Origin: Christensenella sp. UBA1214
GTDB lineage: Bacteria; Bacillota; Clostridia; Christensenellales; CAG-138
DNA: 36,371 nucleotides
Assembly (NCBI GenBank): GCA_002309375.1
Contig: DBXK01000016.1
Coordinates: 622-36,992 of the forward strand
Reading direction: 5' to 3'
The notes under the pieces were generated by a model. It made no database searches. It worked only from the letters and a program-made list of their open reading frames with translations, and was not told the DNA's origin. Positions 24,559 to 33,894 of this stretch are shown here, piece after piece (within the stretch, counting starts at the first letter, position 1; the number at the start of each line of letters is the position of its first letter). A program made the translations under genes and the position numbers.

Positions 24559-25658
24559 CATATTCTTGTTTTTCTTGAAATGTAAACAGCAGAGAGCGCT
24601 GCGGCAGATGCTGCGACTGTTCCGATGATCGCGATCTCTCCGGATGTCACCGCCCGAAATACGTCAAGATGCTGATCCTTTCCCGCAATGACACTGACGG
24701 ATTCCTGAATAAAAAGCGGAAAGATCAAGTAGCAAACGGCGGCCGAAAAGATCCCGAAAACAAGCTTGGAGACAAAATAAACAAATGCTTTGGTTTTGCT
24801 GATCGAAAACACCTGAAGCATGATGCTGATCCCGCCGAAAGAGATCAGGAAACTGATAAGCGCTGTTTTCAGCCGAAGAGGCATCGCCAGACGACTGAGC
24901 AAGGAGATCCCTGAGGTTATCTCGAAAAGTCCGGGAACAAAAGCCCGCATCCCGGTGGGAAAGCCGTTCAAAAGCCCCGAATCGAGAATAAACCCGATAA
25001 TTACGGAGCAGAAAACTATCGTGCCGCCGATCTTCAGCATCATCAGTGAAGCTTCATAGATCGATTCGGGCAGCACAGCCGAAATTCTTTTTCTGTTGCG
25101 GGGATCGGAATTCCGATCGTTTTTTTCTTCTCCGATCACGGCAGCAAGGCCGATATCTCGTTTCATGATCGTTCTTGAGAAGAACCGGTATAATGCGCAG
25201 AGCAGGAATCCTGTTAAATAATGGCTCGCAACGAGAAGCGCAAGCTCACGAAAGGACGTGAAACCGAGCATTCGCGAACCGACTGTTCCGATCAAAAAAG
25301 CCGGCCCCGAAAAATTCATGAAAGCCGACAGTATGCTCGATGATACGTTATCGGAAGCTTCCCGCTCATTTCTTTCGTTTTTGATCCCGCTGAACATGAT
25401 CGAGCCGCTCGGAGCGCCTGCTGAAGCGCAGGTCAAAAAAAGACCGAATAAAGCCGGGAGCCCGAGACTGCCGCTCTTCCGCTGAGGACCGCTGAGCTTT
25501 CTGAGGCAGTTAATCAATACGGTGAACGGAAACAACGCCGGAAAGACAAAGCGCATGAAAAGATCAGTTCCTCGGAGCGCGTATCCGACAGATGCCTCTG
25601 CGAACAGCGCAAAAACACCGATCAGCGCAAAGACCGCAATTTTGAAAAAAACACTCAT
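24558..25658 (-). CDS. ylbJ: YlbJ-like sporulation integral membrane protein
   Basis: VFPALFPF, GAPSG, SGPAFLIGTVG, GLFEITSG, SFGGISIMLQ; multiple TM segments; canonical position between the coaD region and ylbM/tmcAL. Confidence 0.8.
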   Translation of the reverse strand: MSVFFKIAVFALIGVFALFAEASVGYALRGTDLFMRFVFPALFPFTVLINCLRKLSGPQRKSGSLGLPALFGLFLTCASAGAPSGSIMFSGIKNERNEREASDNVSSSILSAFMNFSGPAFLIGTVGSRMLGFTSFRELALLVASHYLTGFLLCALYRFFSRTIMKRDIGLAAVIGEEKNDRNSDPRNRKRISAVLPESIYEASLMMLKIGGTIVFCSVIIGFILDSGLLNGFPTGMRAFVPGLFEITSGISLLSRLAMPLRLKTALISFLISFGGISIMLQVFSISKTKAFVYFVSKLVFGIFSAAVCYLIFPLFIQESVSVIAGKDQHLDVFRAVTSGEIAIIGTVAASAAALSAVYISRKTRI

Positions 25659-25675
25659 ACAAAAATGTATGAGTG
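25645..25675 (-). terminator. Intrinsic terminator of tmcAL overlapping the ylbJ start
   Basis: Minus strand CACTCATACA-tttt-TGTATGAGTG followed by seven T. Confidence 0.65.
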
Positions 25676-25690
25676 CGGGCGGTCGGTTAT
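25664..25690 (-). promoter_or_regulatory. Putative sigma-E (mother-cell) promoter of ylbJ
   Basis: Minus strand ATA, 16 bp spacer, CATACATT; matches the B. subtilis sigma-E consensus ATa-N16-18-cATAcanT. Confidence 0.55.
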
Positions 25691-25697
25691 TAAGGCG

Positions 25698-26879
25698 TTA
25701 AACTATAACGAGCGGATGAGAAAAATCATCCTTGGCAAATTTGACTGAGGGCTGCGCGAGCGCACGGATCCGGCTCGCTTTGCGGCTGATCTCGATCACA
25801 GAGCGCGCTGTCGGACCGAGGGCATGAATATCCGCAAACGAAGCAACAATGGGCAGACGGGCATTTTTGCTGAGCTCGGAAAGCAGATAAAGCTTTTCCC
25901 TTCGGACCCCGAGAACGCGGATATAAAGCGAATCGGGAGCATTCCTGACAGTTGAAAGGAATTCCGCAGTTGAACCGATCAGCGCTGATATCACGATCCT
26001 TTTAAGCCGGGCCATCGTGTAACGCTTGGATTTGACCTTGGAGAGCACTTCCGAAACAGTGGAAGAAGCATTCGCATGCATCGAAAAAAGGTTCTCAAGG
26101 CCCTCTGAGACGTCCGGAAGGGCTGAAATATCCTTCACGGACATGTTTCTGAAAGCATAAAGTGCCGCATCAGAAAGAGAATCCAGCGAGGCGGGGAACA
26201 GGCCGCTCACGATACCGCCGGCAATATCCTCGAATACGAAACCGGGCAGGCAGTCTTTGACTGAATCGATCTCATTGCGTTCGATCGCGGCGCGGATCGC
26301 CGAAGCGGATGAATAATGACCGCCTAAATCAAGATCGTTGTAGTCTCCTATACGTCTGAAAGGATAAATGCCGCAATCAGGCGCAAGGCTGAGCATCCGG
26401 CGAATGTATTCGACGGCGAGGATATCGTTCGGGCCGATCCGCTGTTCATCTTCGCAGACTGAAGCCGCCGCCTTTGCATAGGATTCGCCGCGCTCAAGCG
26501 ATTCGCGGATCGAATCCGAATGCATATCGCGTTTCGCCGAATATATCAATTGCTCCGTATCCGCGCATTCGCTTCCGAAAGCGATGCCGTCAACGATTCC
26601 GGTCGAAAGGAGCAGCTTCACTCCGCCGAATGCGAAAATTTCCGCACAGGCGCAGGAAAGGATATCCGGAAGCTCGATAACAAGATCCGCACCGCCGAGA
26701 AGGGCATGCTTCGTCCTTGTGAATTTATCGAAACAAGCCGGCTCACCGCGCTGGACGAAGCTGCCGCTCATACAGACGACGACGTTTTCCGCGCCGGAAA
26801 CGCGCCTTGCTTCGTTGAGAGCGTAGGCATGCCCGTTATGAAAAGGATTAAATTCAGCAACAACGCCGACCGATGACAT
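25698..26879 (-). CDS. tmcAL: tRNA(Met) cytidine acetate ligase (YlbM)
   Basis: VAEFNPFHNGH, MSGSFVQRGEPA, FGSE, PNDILAVEY, SASAIR, KSKRYTMARLKR. Confidence 0.92.
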   Translation of the reverse strand: MSSVGVVAEFNPFHNGHAYALNEARRVSGAENVVVCMSGSFVQRGEPACFDKFTRTKHALLGGADLVIELPDILSCACAEIFAFGGVKLLLSTGIVDGIAFGSECADTEQLIYSAKRDMHSDSIRESLERGESYAKAAASVCEDEQRIGPNDILAVEYIRRMLSLAPDCGIYPFRRIGDYNDLDLGGHYSSASAIRAAIERNEIDSVKDCLPGFVFEDIAGGIVSGLFPASLDSLSDAALYAFRNMSVKDISALPDVSEGLENLFSMHANASSTVSEVLSKVKSKRYTMARLKRIVISALIGSTAEFLSTVRNAPDSLYIRVLGVRREKLYLLSELSKNARLPIVASFADIHALGPTARSVIEISRKASRIRALAQPSVKFAKDDFSHPLVIV

Positions 26880-26935
26880 TTCTACCCGAATTTGATTTTA
26901 TATTTAAATTTGCTGTGTAAAACACCGCATGATTA

Positions 26936-26944
26936 TGTTATAAT
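26936..26944 (+). promoter_or_regulatory. Extended -10 promoter element of ackA
   Basis: TGTTATAAT about 90 nt upstream of the ATG; no clear -35. Confidence 0.5.
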
Positions 26945-27031
26945 ACAATTTGATACCGCAGTCAACACTTTTGCGTGGGTTTCTGCGAAGATCGGGCGGA
27001 AACGCCGAAAATCAAACCAAGGAGAAAGAAC

Positions 27032-28237
27032 ATGAAAATCCTCGTTATCAATGCAGGCAGCTCTTCGCTGAAGTATCAGCTCATCGACACCGCCGACAAC
27101 AAAGTTATCGCAAAAGGCCTTTGCGAGCGCATCGGTATTGAGAATTCCAAACTGACCTATAAACCCACCGGCAAGGAAGGCTTCGAGCTCGTTCAGGATA
27201 TGAAGGATCACACCGACGCGATCCAGCTCGTTCTCAACGCGCTCGTCGATCCCGTCCACGGCGTGATCGCGGATATGAAGGAGATCGACGCCGTCGGTCA
27301 CCGCGTCGTTCACGGCGGCGAAAAATTCGCTGAATCCGTGCTTCTGACCGATGAAGTGATCGAGACGATCGAGAGCCTCAACGACCTTGCTCCGCTGCAT
27401 AACCCGGCGAACCTGATGGGCATCCGCGCCTGCAAAGCGATCATGCCGAATACTCCCATGGTCGGCGTTTTCGATACCGCGTTCCATCAGACCATGCCGC
27501 CCGAAGCGTTCATCTATGCGCTTCCTTACGAAGCCTATACCGAGCACATGGTGCGCCGCTACGGCTTCCACGGCACTTCCCATAAGTATGTCTCCATGCG
27601 CGCTCTTGCAATGCTCGGCAAGCCCGCCGAAGGCACAAAGATCATAACCTGCCACCTCGGCAACGGTTCCTCCGTCGCGGCGATCAAGGACGGCAAGTGC
27701 ATCGACACGAGCATGGGCCTCACTCCCCTCGAAGGCCTTCCGATGGGCACGAGGAGCGGCGACATCGATCCCGCGATCGTAGGTTATCTTGTTCGCAGGC
27801 TCGGCCTCAACATGAAGGAAATGGACACCTACATGAACAAGAAGAGCGGCATGCTCGGCATAAGCGGTGTTTCGAGCGACTTCCGCGATCTCAGCGCCGC
27901 TGCCAACGAAGGCAACGAGCGCGCAGAGCTCGCTCTTAAGGTTTTCGCTTACCGCGTGAAGAAATACATCGGCGCATACGCTGCTGCGCTTGACGGCGTG
28001 GATGCGATCGTGTTCACCGCCGGCGTCGGCGAGAATGACAGGGGAATGCGCGAGAGGATCCTCACCGGCCTCGATTATCTCGGCGTGGATGTTGACTTCG
28101 AGTATAACCGCAATGCGCCCCGAGGCGAGGAGATCACCATAAGCAAGCCCGAGAGCAAGGTCAAGGTCTTCGTGATCCCGACCGACGAAGAGCTGATGAT
28201 CGCTATGGACGCCGAGCGCCTTGCAAAGCAGGCATAA
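27032..28237 (+). CDS. ackA: Acetate kinase
   Basis: [51 protein letters not shown]; SD AAGGAG. Confidence 0.97.
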   Translation: MKILVINAGSSSLKYQLIDTADNKVIAKGLCERIGIENSKLTYKPTGKEGFELVQDMKDHTDAIQLVLNALVDPVHGVIADMKEIDAVGHRVVHGGEKFAESVLLTDEVIETIESLNDLAPLHNPANLMGIRACKAIMPNTPMVGVFDTAFHQTMPPEAFIYALPYEAYTEHMVRRYGFHGTSHKYVSMRALAMLGKPAEGTKIITCHLGNGSSVAAIKDGKCIDTSMGLTPLEGLPMGTRSGDIDPAIVGYLVRRLGLNMKEMDTYMNKKSGMLGISGVSSDFRDLSAAANEGNERAELALKVFAYRVKKYIGAYAAALDGVDAIVFTAGVGENDRGMRERILTGLDYLGVDVDFEYNRNAPRGEEITISKPESKVKVFVIPTDEELMIAMDAERLAKQA

Positions 28238-28280
28238 GCGCAAAAGCGGCATTATATTTTCCGAAAACCGAAAAAACCTG

Positions 28281-28309
28281 TTGACAACTGCACCTTTGAC
28301 ATATAAAAT
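28281..28309 (+). promoter_or_regulatory. Sigma-A promoter of yceD-rpmF
   Basis: TTGACA, 17 bp spacer, TAAAAT. Confidence 0.8.
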
Positions 28310-28345
28310 ATCAAAGGTTGTGTATGACTGTATTGAGGTACTTTT

Positions 28346-28870
28346 GTGCGGATAAACGTTGCTGCGGAGCTAAAGCTGGTCGGTAAAACGGCCGGCAGGC
28401 ATTTTGAAGAAGAGATGGAGCCGATCGATCTCGGCGGACACGTCCTCGATTTCACGATGCCGATCAGCGTTGATCTGACCTACGTCTTCGACGGCGAGGG
28501 CTTCAACGTTGCTGGCGTGCTCAGTTCCGCGCTCAAAATGAACTGCACGAAATGCAACAAGGAATTCGAACAGCCGTTCAGCGTCGATTTCTCGGAGCGC
28601 TTCATCAAGGCTTCCGAGGAAGAAGCGGAAGAGCTCGACTGCTATCCTTTCTTCGGAGAAGAGCTCGATCTCGAACGGATGATGCTCGATTTGATAATCC
28701 TCAATGCGCCTGTATACGGTCAGTGCAAACCGGACTGCAAGGGCCTTTGCCCGGTCTGCGGTTGTGATTTGAATATTACGCAGTGTTCGTGTTCAAGATC
28801 TTTAGGGAACGATCGTTTTGCCCCCTTGGATGAGCTTGCACAACTGCTTAAAGACGAAGAGGAGGTGTAG
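28346..28870 (+). CDS. yceD: DUF177/YceD family protein
   Basis: CTKC, CKPDCKGLCPVCG.DLN...C.C, DRFAPL; directly upstream of rpmF. Confidence 0.9.
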   Translation: MRINVAAELKLVGKTAGRHFEEEMEPIDLGGHVLDFTMPISVDLTYVFDGEGFNVAGVLSSALKMNCTKCNKEFEQPFSVDFSERFIKASEEEAEELDCYPFFGEELDLERMMLDLIILNAPVYGQCKPDCKGLCPVCGCDLNITQCSCSRSLGNDRFAPLDELAQLLKDEEEV

Positions 28871-28873
28871 AAA

Positions 28874-29059
28874 ATGGCAGTACCTAAGAGAAAAACATCG
28901 AAAGCAAGGCGTGATCAGCGCAGGGCTAACTGGAAGCTCAGCGTTCCCGCTATCGTCGAATGCCCCCAGTGCCACGCTCGGAAACTCGCGCACAGAGTTT
29001 GCAGGCATTGCGGCTATTATGATGGCGAGCAGGTCATCAAGATGGATGAGGAAGCGTAA
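28874..29059 (+). CDS. rpmF: 50S ribosomal protein L32 (zinc-ribbon C+ form)
   Basis: [32 protein letters not shown]; SD GGAGG. Confidence 0.97.
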   Translation: MAVPKRKTSKARRDQRRANWKLSVPAIVECPQCHARKLAHRVCRHCGYYDGEQVIKMDEEA

Positions 29060-29096
29060 GCTCCTTTCCTGTTGAGATTTAATACATTATCCGTTT

Positions 29097-29131
29097 GGGG
29101 TATGCGTTTCGTATACCCCTGTTTGCTTTTT
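29097..29131 (+). terminator. Terminator after rpmF
   Basis: GGGGTATGC-gtttc-GTATACCCC followed by TGTTTGCTTTTT. Confidence 0.7.
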
Positions 29132-29152
29132 GGCAAGTGAAAAACGATCCCC

Positions 29153-29181
29153 AAAAGAAAAAGCGCATCCGAAGATGCGCT
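29153..29181 (-). terminator. Terminator after ftsY
   Basis: Minus strand AGCGCATC-TTCG-GATGCGCT followed by TTTTCTTTT; cUUCGg tetraloop. Confidence 0.85.
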
Positions 29182-29195
29182 CATTTTGTTATGAG

Positions 29196-30311
29196 TTACA
29201 GAAGCGCCTTGGCAAAGGCGTCCGCATCGAAGGGCTGCAGATCGTCGATGCCTTCTCCGACGCCGACGAAGCGGACGGGGAGGCCGAGCTCATCCTTTAC
29301 GGCAACGACAACGCCGCCCTTTGCAGTGCCGTCGAGTTTCGTGAGGATGATGCCGGTGAGCCCGGTATTCTCGCCGAATGCCTTGGCCTGAACGATCGCG
29401 TTCTGTCCGGTCGTGGCGTCGAGAACGAGAAGTACTTCGACAGGAACATCGGGAAGCTCGCGCTCGATGACGCGGCGGATCTTCGCAAGCTCCGCCATCA
29501 GGTTCTTCTTGTTGTGAAGACGGCCGGCGGTATCGCAGATCAGAAGATCGCATTTCTTGGCCTTGTAGGAAGCGATCGCGTCGAAAACAACGGCTGCCGG
29601 ATCGGCGCCTTCGTTATGCTTGACGATCGGGACGCCCGCGCGCTCGGACCAGATGGTGAGCTGTTCTGCTGCGGCGGCGCGGAAGGTATCGCCGGCAGCG
29701 AGCATAACGGAGCGGCCGCTCGCTTTGTACATCGAAGCAAGCTTGCCGATCGAGGTCGTTTTGCCGACGCCGTTGACGCCGACGATCAGGATCACAGCGG
29801 GGCTGCTGTCGGGGATGAATTCCGAATCGGTACGCATGCTTTCCGCAAGCAGCTCGACGAGCACTCCGCGAGCCTCCGAACGCTTGTGTATCCCGCGTTT
29901 TTTAAGCTCTTCCTTAAACTCATCGAGGATCTTTTCGGTCGTCGCCATTCCCATATCGGAAATGATCATGGCCTCCTCGAGCTCGTCATAAAAATCATCG
30001 TTCAGCCTTTCGTCGCCGCCAACGAAGAGTCCTCCGAAAAGCGAATCACGCGTTTTTTTAAGGCCGTCCTTCAGCTTTGCGAACATGCCTTTTTTCTTTT
30101 TGGCGGGTTCGTCGGGCTCATCGGCTTCGTTTGAAAATTCTTCTTCGGGAATGGTTTCCGCCTCTTCGGGCAGTTCTGTAACCTCTTCCGCAGGAAGATG
30201 CGCTTCATCGGCCTTTTCTTCGGCGTTTATTTCGGCCAACGGTGCAGCAGGCTTCTCATTGACGGGTTGATTCTTCTTGTTTTTATCCTTTGAACGTTTA
30301 AAAAGACTCAT
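29196..30311 (-). CDS. ftsY: SRP receptor FtsY with a short acidic N-terminal region
   Basis: GVNGVGKTTSIGK, DTFRAAA, DTAGR, TKLDGTAKGG, GVGE. Confidence 0.97.
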   Translation of the reverse strand: MSLFKRSKDKNKKNQPVNEKPAAPLAEINAEEKADEAHLPAEEVTELPEEAETIPEEEFSNEADEPDEPAKKKKGMFAKLKDGLKKTRDSLFGGLFVGGDERLNDDFYDELEEAMIISDMGMATTEKILDEFKEELKKRGIHKRSEARGVLVELLAESMRTDSEFIPDSSPAVILIVGVNGVGKTTSIGKLASMYKASGRSVMLAAGDTFRAAAAEQLTIWSERAGVPIVKHNEGADPAAVVFDAIASYKAKKCDLLICDTAGRLHNKKNLMAELAKIRRVIERELPDVPVEVLLVLDATTGQNAIVQAKAFGENTGLTGIILTKLDGTAKGGVVVAVKDELGLPVRFVGVGEGIDDLQPFDADAFAKALL

Positions 30312-30323
30312 TTCGGATCTCCT

Positions 30324-33300
30324 TTAAGCAAATTTTGCGGAAACGATGGAGGAGACGCCTTTTTCCTCCATTGAAACACCGTAAAGCGCGTTGCAGACAG
30401 CCATTGCGCCTTTGCGGTGGGTGATTATAATGAACTGTGTGCCTTTGGAATAACCCTTCAGATATTCAGCAAAGCAATCGACATTTGCTTCGTCGAGGGA
30501 AGTGTCGATCTCATCGAGGATGCAGAACGCCGCAGGCTTGAGCCGCAGGATCGCGAAAAGCAGCGCGATCGCCGTCAGCGCCTGCTCGCCGCCGGAGAGA
30601 AGGGTAAGAAGCTGCAGCTTTTTGCCCGGCGGCTGGGCAATGATATCGATATTCGAATTAAGCACGTCGTTTTTGTCGGAGAGCACGAGCTCGGCATGGC
30701 CGCCGCCGAAAAGCTCGCGGAAGGTATCGGCAAAATTCACGCGGATCTTTGCGAACTGCTCCGCAAATTCACGCTGCATGGTATCGGTAAGCCCGGCGAT
30801 GAGCTCGTTGAGATCGCTCTGAGCTTTGCGCAGATCTTCGCACTGTACACTGAGATCGTCGTAACGTTCCTTGACGCTGCGGTAATCCTCTATTGCGGAA
30901 GTATTGACTTCGCCGAGATCGCGTATCGCACGGCGGAGCTCATCGGTGCGAACGTGCATTTGAGCTGCCGAAAGGGGCTTTTTGTAGTTCAGCGCGTTTT
31001 CATATGTCATCTCATAATCGCGCCATATCTTTTCGGCCATGTTCTGCAGATCGGACTGAAGCTTGCTGAGATTCAGTTCGTTTTTATGCAGCCTTTCCCT
31101 GAGCTCGGTGATACGGTTCGTGATTTGTTCCTTGCGCTCGCGCGATTCGTCGAGAAGGCGCAGATGCTCCGCGCGCTCGGCCTCCATTGCGCGCAGCTCA
31201 TCGTTCAAAGCGTTGACCTTGTATTTATCCGCTCCGACGGATTCGATCAGAGCGCCGAGCCTTGCTTTCTGCTCGTCGATATCCGCCCTCTTCTGCTTTG
31301 CGGTTTCGGTAATGGAAGCGATCCGCGAATCGATGGATGCATTGGCGCGCTTCAGCCTTTCGATCTCGGCATTGGCGGCATTCCGCTCCTTATCCGCGGC
31401 CATTATCAGGACCTGCAGCTCCGCGGTTTTGTCGTTTGCTTTTTGGAGCTGGCGGCGCATTTCGGCAAGCTCAAGCTGCGCTGCGCGAATATCGTCCGAA
31501 GTAACGGCATTGCCCTCGTTCAGACGCGTTTCTGCTTCTGCGGCTTCGCGGCACTGTTCATCGATCTCAAGAAGAGAATCGCGGATCTGCTCGGCTTCAA
31601 GATCGAGCTTGCCGACGGCTTCTTCGCTCTTGACATAATACTTTGTTGCAATATCGAGCTTTTCAACATCCGCCGCAAGCGAAACATTGAGCTCCTGGAT
31701 CTTTTCGCGCAGTTCGGAGGATTTCTTCGCCGCAGAGGCAAGCTTATCCTGTTCGCCGCTGATCTCTTCCTTGATCGACTCGACCGAAGAAGCGGCTTTT
31801 CTGCGGCTTTCCGCAAGCTCATCGATCGCTCTTTCACGGCCGAGGAGGCTGAATTCACGCTTTTGCACGCTTCCGCCCGTCATGCTTCCGCCCGGGTTGA
31901 GAATGTCGCCTTCAAGCGTTGCGATCCGGAAAGCGGAACGTGCGCGTTTGTTGATAAGAATGCCGGTGTCCATATCGCGGACGATGACGGTCCTTCCGAG
32001 AAGGTTCTCGACAGCGGAACGGAAGGCGGGGGAGAAGCTTATAAGCTCGGAAGCAACGCCGAAACAGCCGGTGACGTTGATGAAGCTGCGTTCCTCGCTT
32101 GTCAGCAGGCGGGAGCGCATCGCGCTCACGGGAAGCAGCGTTGCACGTCCGTAATCGCGCTTTCTGAGATATTCGATAACGTATTTTGCATCCTGCTCGG
32201 TCGGAACGATGATGTTCTGCAGCGCGGCGCCGAGCGCCATTTCAACAGCCCGTTCGTATTCCTTCGGAACGGTGATAAGCTCTGCGACAACGCCGTGGAT
32301 GCGGGAGGACAGGGAACTGTCATGCGAAGCATCGTTCAGCAGACGGCGAACGCTCGCATAATAACCCTCGTGCGCCTGCTTCATCTCCTCGAGCACTTTG
32401 CGCCTTGAATCGATTATCTTGATCTCATCCTCGGACCGGCGCATTCTGAGTGCAAGCGCGTTGATGCCGGCGGCGATCTTCGTTTCCTTGTCGGAGGAAT
32501 CGGAAAGAGCGGCTTTGACCTCGTTGATCTCGGCATTATCAGCATCTACAGCCGCACGAAGACCTTCCTGCTCTTCTTTCAGCTTTGTCTTTTCGGCGAT
32601 TGCGGAATCCTTTTCGGCAGCGATCGCATCGAGACGCGCGTTAAGGCTCTCACGCATTGCGTCGAGCCTTGAAACACGGCTTTTCGTATCGGCAAGCCTG
32701 TTCATCGTATCCATCATCGCCTGCTTTCGGGCTTCGACGGATGCTTCCTTTGATTCGATCTTTTCGGAGAGCTTACCGAGCTCATTCTGTGCATCGGCGA
32801 GCCTGGATCTCAGCTCTTCCGTATCGCAGCCGGATCCTTCGAGGGCGGAAGTGATCGATCCGATCTGGTCGATATTGGCATTTCGCTCCGATTCCAGCGC
32901 AGAGGCATCGCTTTCGCCCTTGGCGATCTCCCTTTCGAGCTGTGCGATCCTTTCGCCGATGAGCTTTGAATCGCCGACAGTCGACTCGACAGAAGAAGTG
33001 AGGCTGATCAGTTTCTGAGATGTTTCGCTGATCGAGGAATTGAGGTTTCTCTCGGCAGTCTCTTCGCTCAAACAGGTTTCGGAAAGCGATTCTTCCTCCG
33101 CGGCAGCGGTGACGATATCGGATTCGATGAGCTCGGCGTTGTCTTTGAGCTGACGGATCTTCTCGGTCGAGCGGTCGTGCATTGTAACGAAAAGATTGAG
33201 CTCGAGATCGCGCAGCTCGCCGCGCATTTTAAAGTATTGATCGGCTTTTTCGCTCTGCTCGCGGAGCGGTTCGATCCTTGATTCGAGCTCGCGCAGGATG

Positions 33301-33878
33301 TCCTCGAGGCGGACGAGATTGCGCTCTGTATTCTGCAGCTTCCTTTCGGCCTCTTCCTTGCGGGTGCGGTATTTCATCACGCCTGCGGCTTCTTCGAAAA
33401 CGATCCTTCGGTCATTGGAGCGGTCTGAGAGGATCTCGCTGACTCGGCCCTGTCCGATGATCGAATAACCGTCCTTGCCGATGCCGGTGTCGCGGAAAAG
33501 CTCCTGGATATCCTTAAGTCTGCAGGCGGTTTTATTGATAAAGTATTCGCTCTCGCCCGAACGGTAGGCCCGGCGGGTCACCGCAACTTCGGTAAACGGC
33601 GAATCGAGCGAACCGTCGCTGTTGTCGAAATACATCGAAACTTCGCAGAAGGACAGGGGGCGTCGCTTCTCGGTACCGTTGAAGATATAGTCCTCGACCT
33701 TTTTCCCGCGCAGCGCACGAGCGCTCTGCTCGCCCAAAACAAAACGGAACGCATCGGCAATATTGCTCTTGCCGCATCCGTTCGGTCCGAGTATTCCGGT
33801 TATGCCCTGCTCAAAAACAAGCTCTGTCTTTTTCGCAAAGGATTTGAAACCGTTGATTTCGAGTTTGGTTAGCTGCAT
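30324..33878 (-). CDS. smc: Chromosome segregation protein SMC
   Basis: GFKSFA, GPNGCGKSN, hinge GRATLLP and PGGSMTGG, LSGGE, ILDE. Start reassigned to ATG 33878. Confidence 0.97.
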   Translation of the reverse strand: MQLTKLEINGFKSFAKKTELVFEQGITGILGPNGCGKSNIADAFRFVLGEQSARALRGKKVEDYIFNGTEKRRPLSFCEVSMYFDNSDGSLDSPFTEVAVTRRAYRSGESEYFINKTACRLKDIQELFRDTGIGKDGYSIIGQGRVSEILSDRSNDRRIVFEEAAGVMKYRTRKEEAERKLQNTERNLVRLEDILRELESRIEPLREQSEKADQYFKMRGELRDLELNLFVTMHDRSTEKIRQLKDNAELIESDIVTAAAEEESLSETCLSEETAERNLNSSISETSQKLISLTSSVESTVGDSKLIGERIAQLEREIAKGESDASALESERNANIDQIGSITSALEGSGCDTEELRSRLADAQNELGKLSEKIESKEASVEARKQAMMDTMNRLADTKSRVSRLDAMRESLNARLDAIAAEKDSAIAEKTKLKEEQEGLRAAVDADNAEINEVKAALSDSSDKETKIAAGINALALRMRRSEDEIKIIDSRRKVLEEMKQAHEGYYASVRRLLNDASHDSSLSSRIHGVVAELITVPKEYERAVEMALGAALQNIIVPTEQDAKYVIEYLRKRDYGRATLLPVSAMRSRLLTSEERSFINVTGCFGVASELISFSPAFRSAVENLLGRTVIVRDMDTGILINKRARSAFRIATLEGDILNPGGSMTGGSVQKREFSLLGRERAIDELAESRRKAASSVESIKEEISGEQDKLASAAKKSSELREKIQELNVSLAADVEKLDIATKYYVKSEEAVGKLDLEAEQIRDSLLEIDEQCREAAEAETRLNEGNAVTSDDIRAAQLELAEMRRQLQKANDKTAELQVLIMAADKERNAANAEIERLKRANASIDSRIASITETAKQKRADIDEQKARLGALIESVGADKYKVNALNDELRAMEAERAEHLRLLDESRERKEQITNRITELRERLHKNELNLSKLQSDLQNMAEKIWRDYEMTYENALNYKKPLSAAQMHVRTDELRRAIRDLGEVNTSAIEDYRSVKERYDDLSVQCEDLRKAQSDLNELIAGLTDTMQREFAEQFAKIRVNFADTFRELFGGGHAELVLSDKNDVLNSNIDIIAQPPGKKLQLLTLLSGGEQALTAIALLFAILRLKPAAFCILDEIDTSLDEANVDCFAEYLKGYSKGTQFIIITHRKGAMAVCNALYGVSMEEKGVSSIVSAKFA

Positions 33879-33894
33879 CGGGTGACTTTGTTGA

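Noticed and set aside
10506-32408. Other long antisense ORFs (10506-11873, 14425-15411, 16296-17609, 20831-22033, 26933-28252, 29130-30134, 30417-32408)
   Set aside because: Each lies opposite a confidently identified gene and has no family motifs; treated as shadow ORFs.
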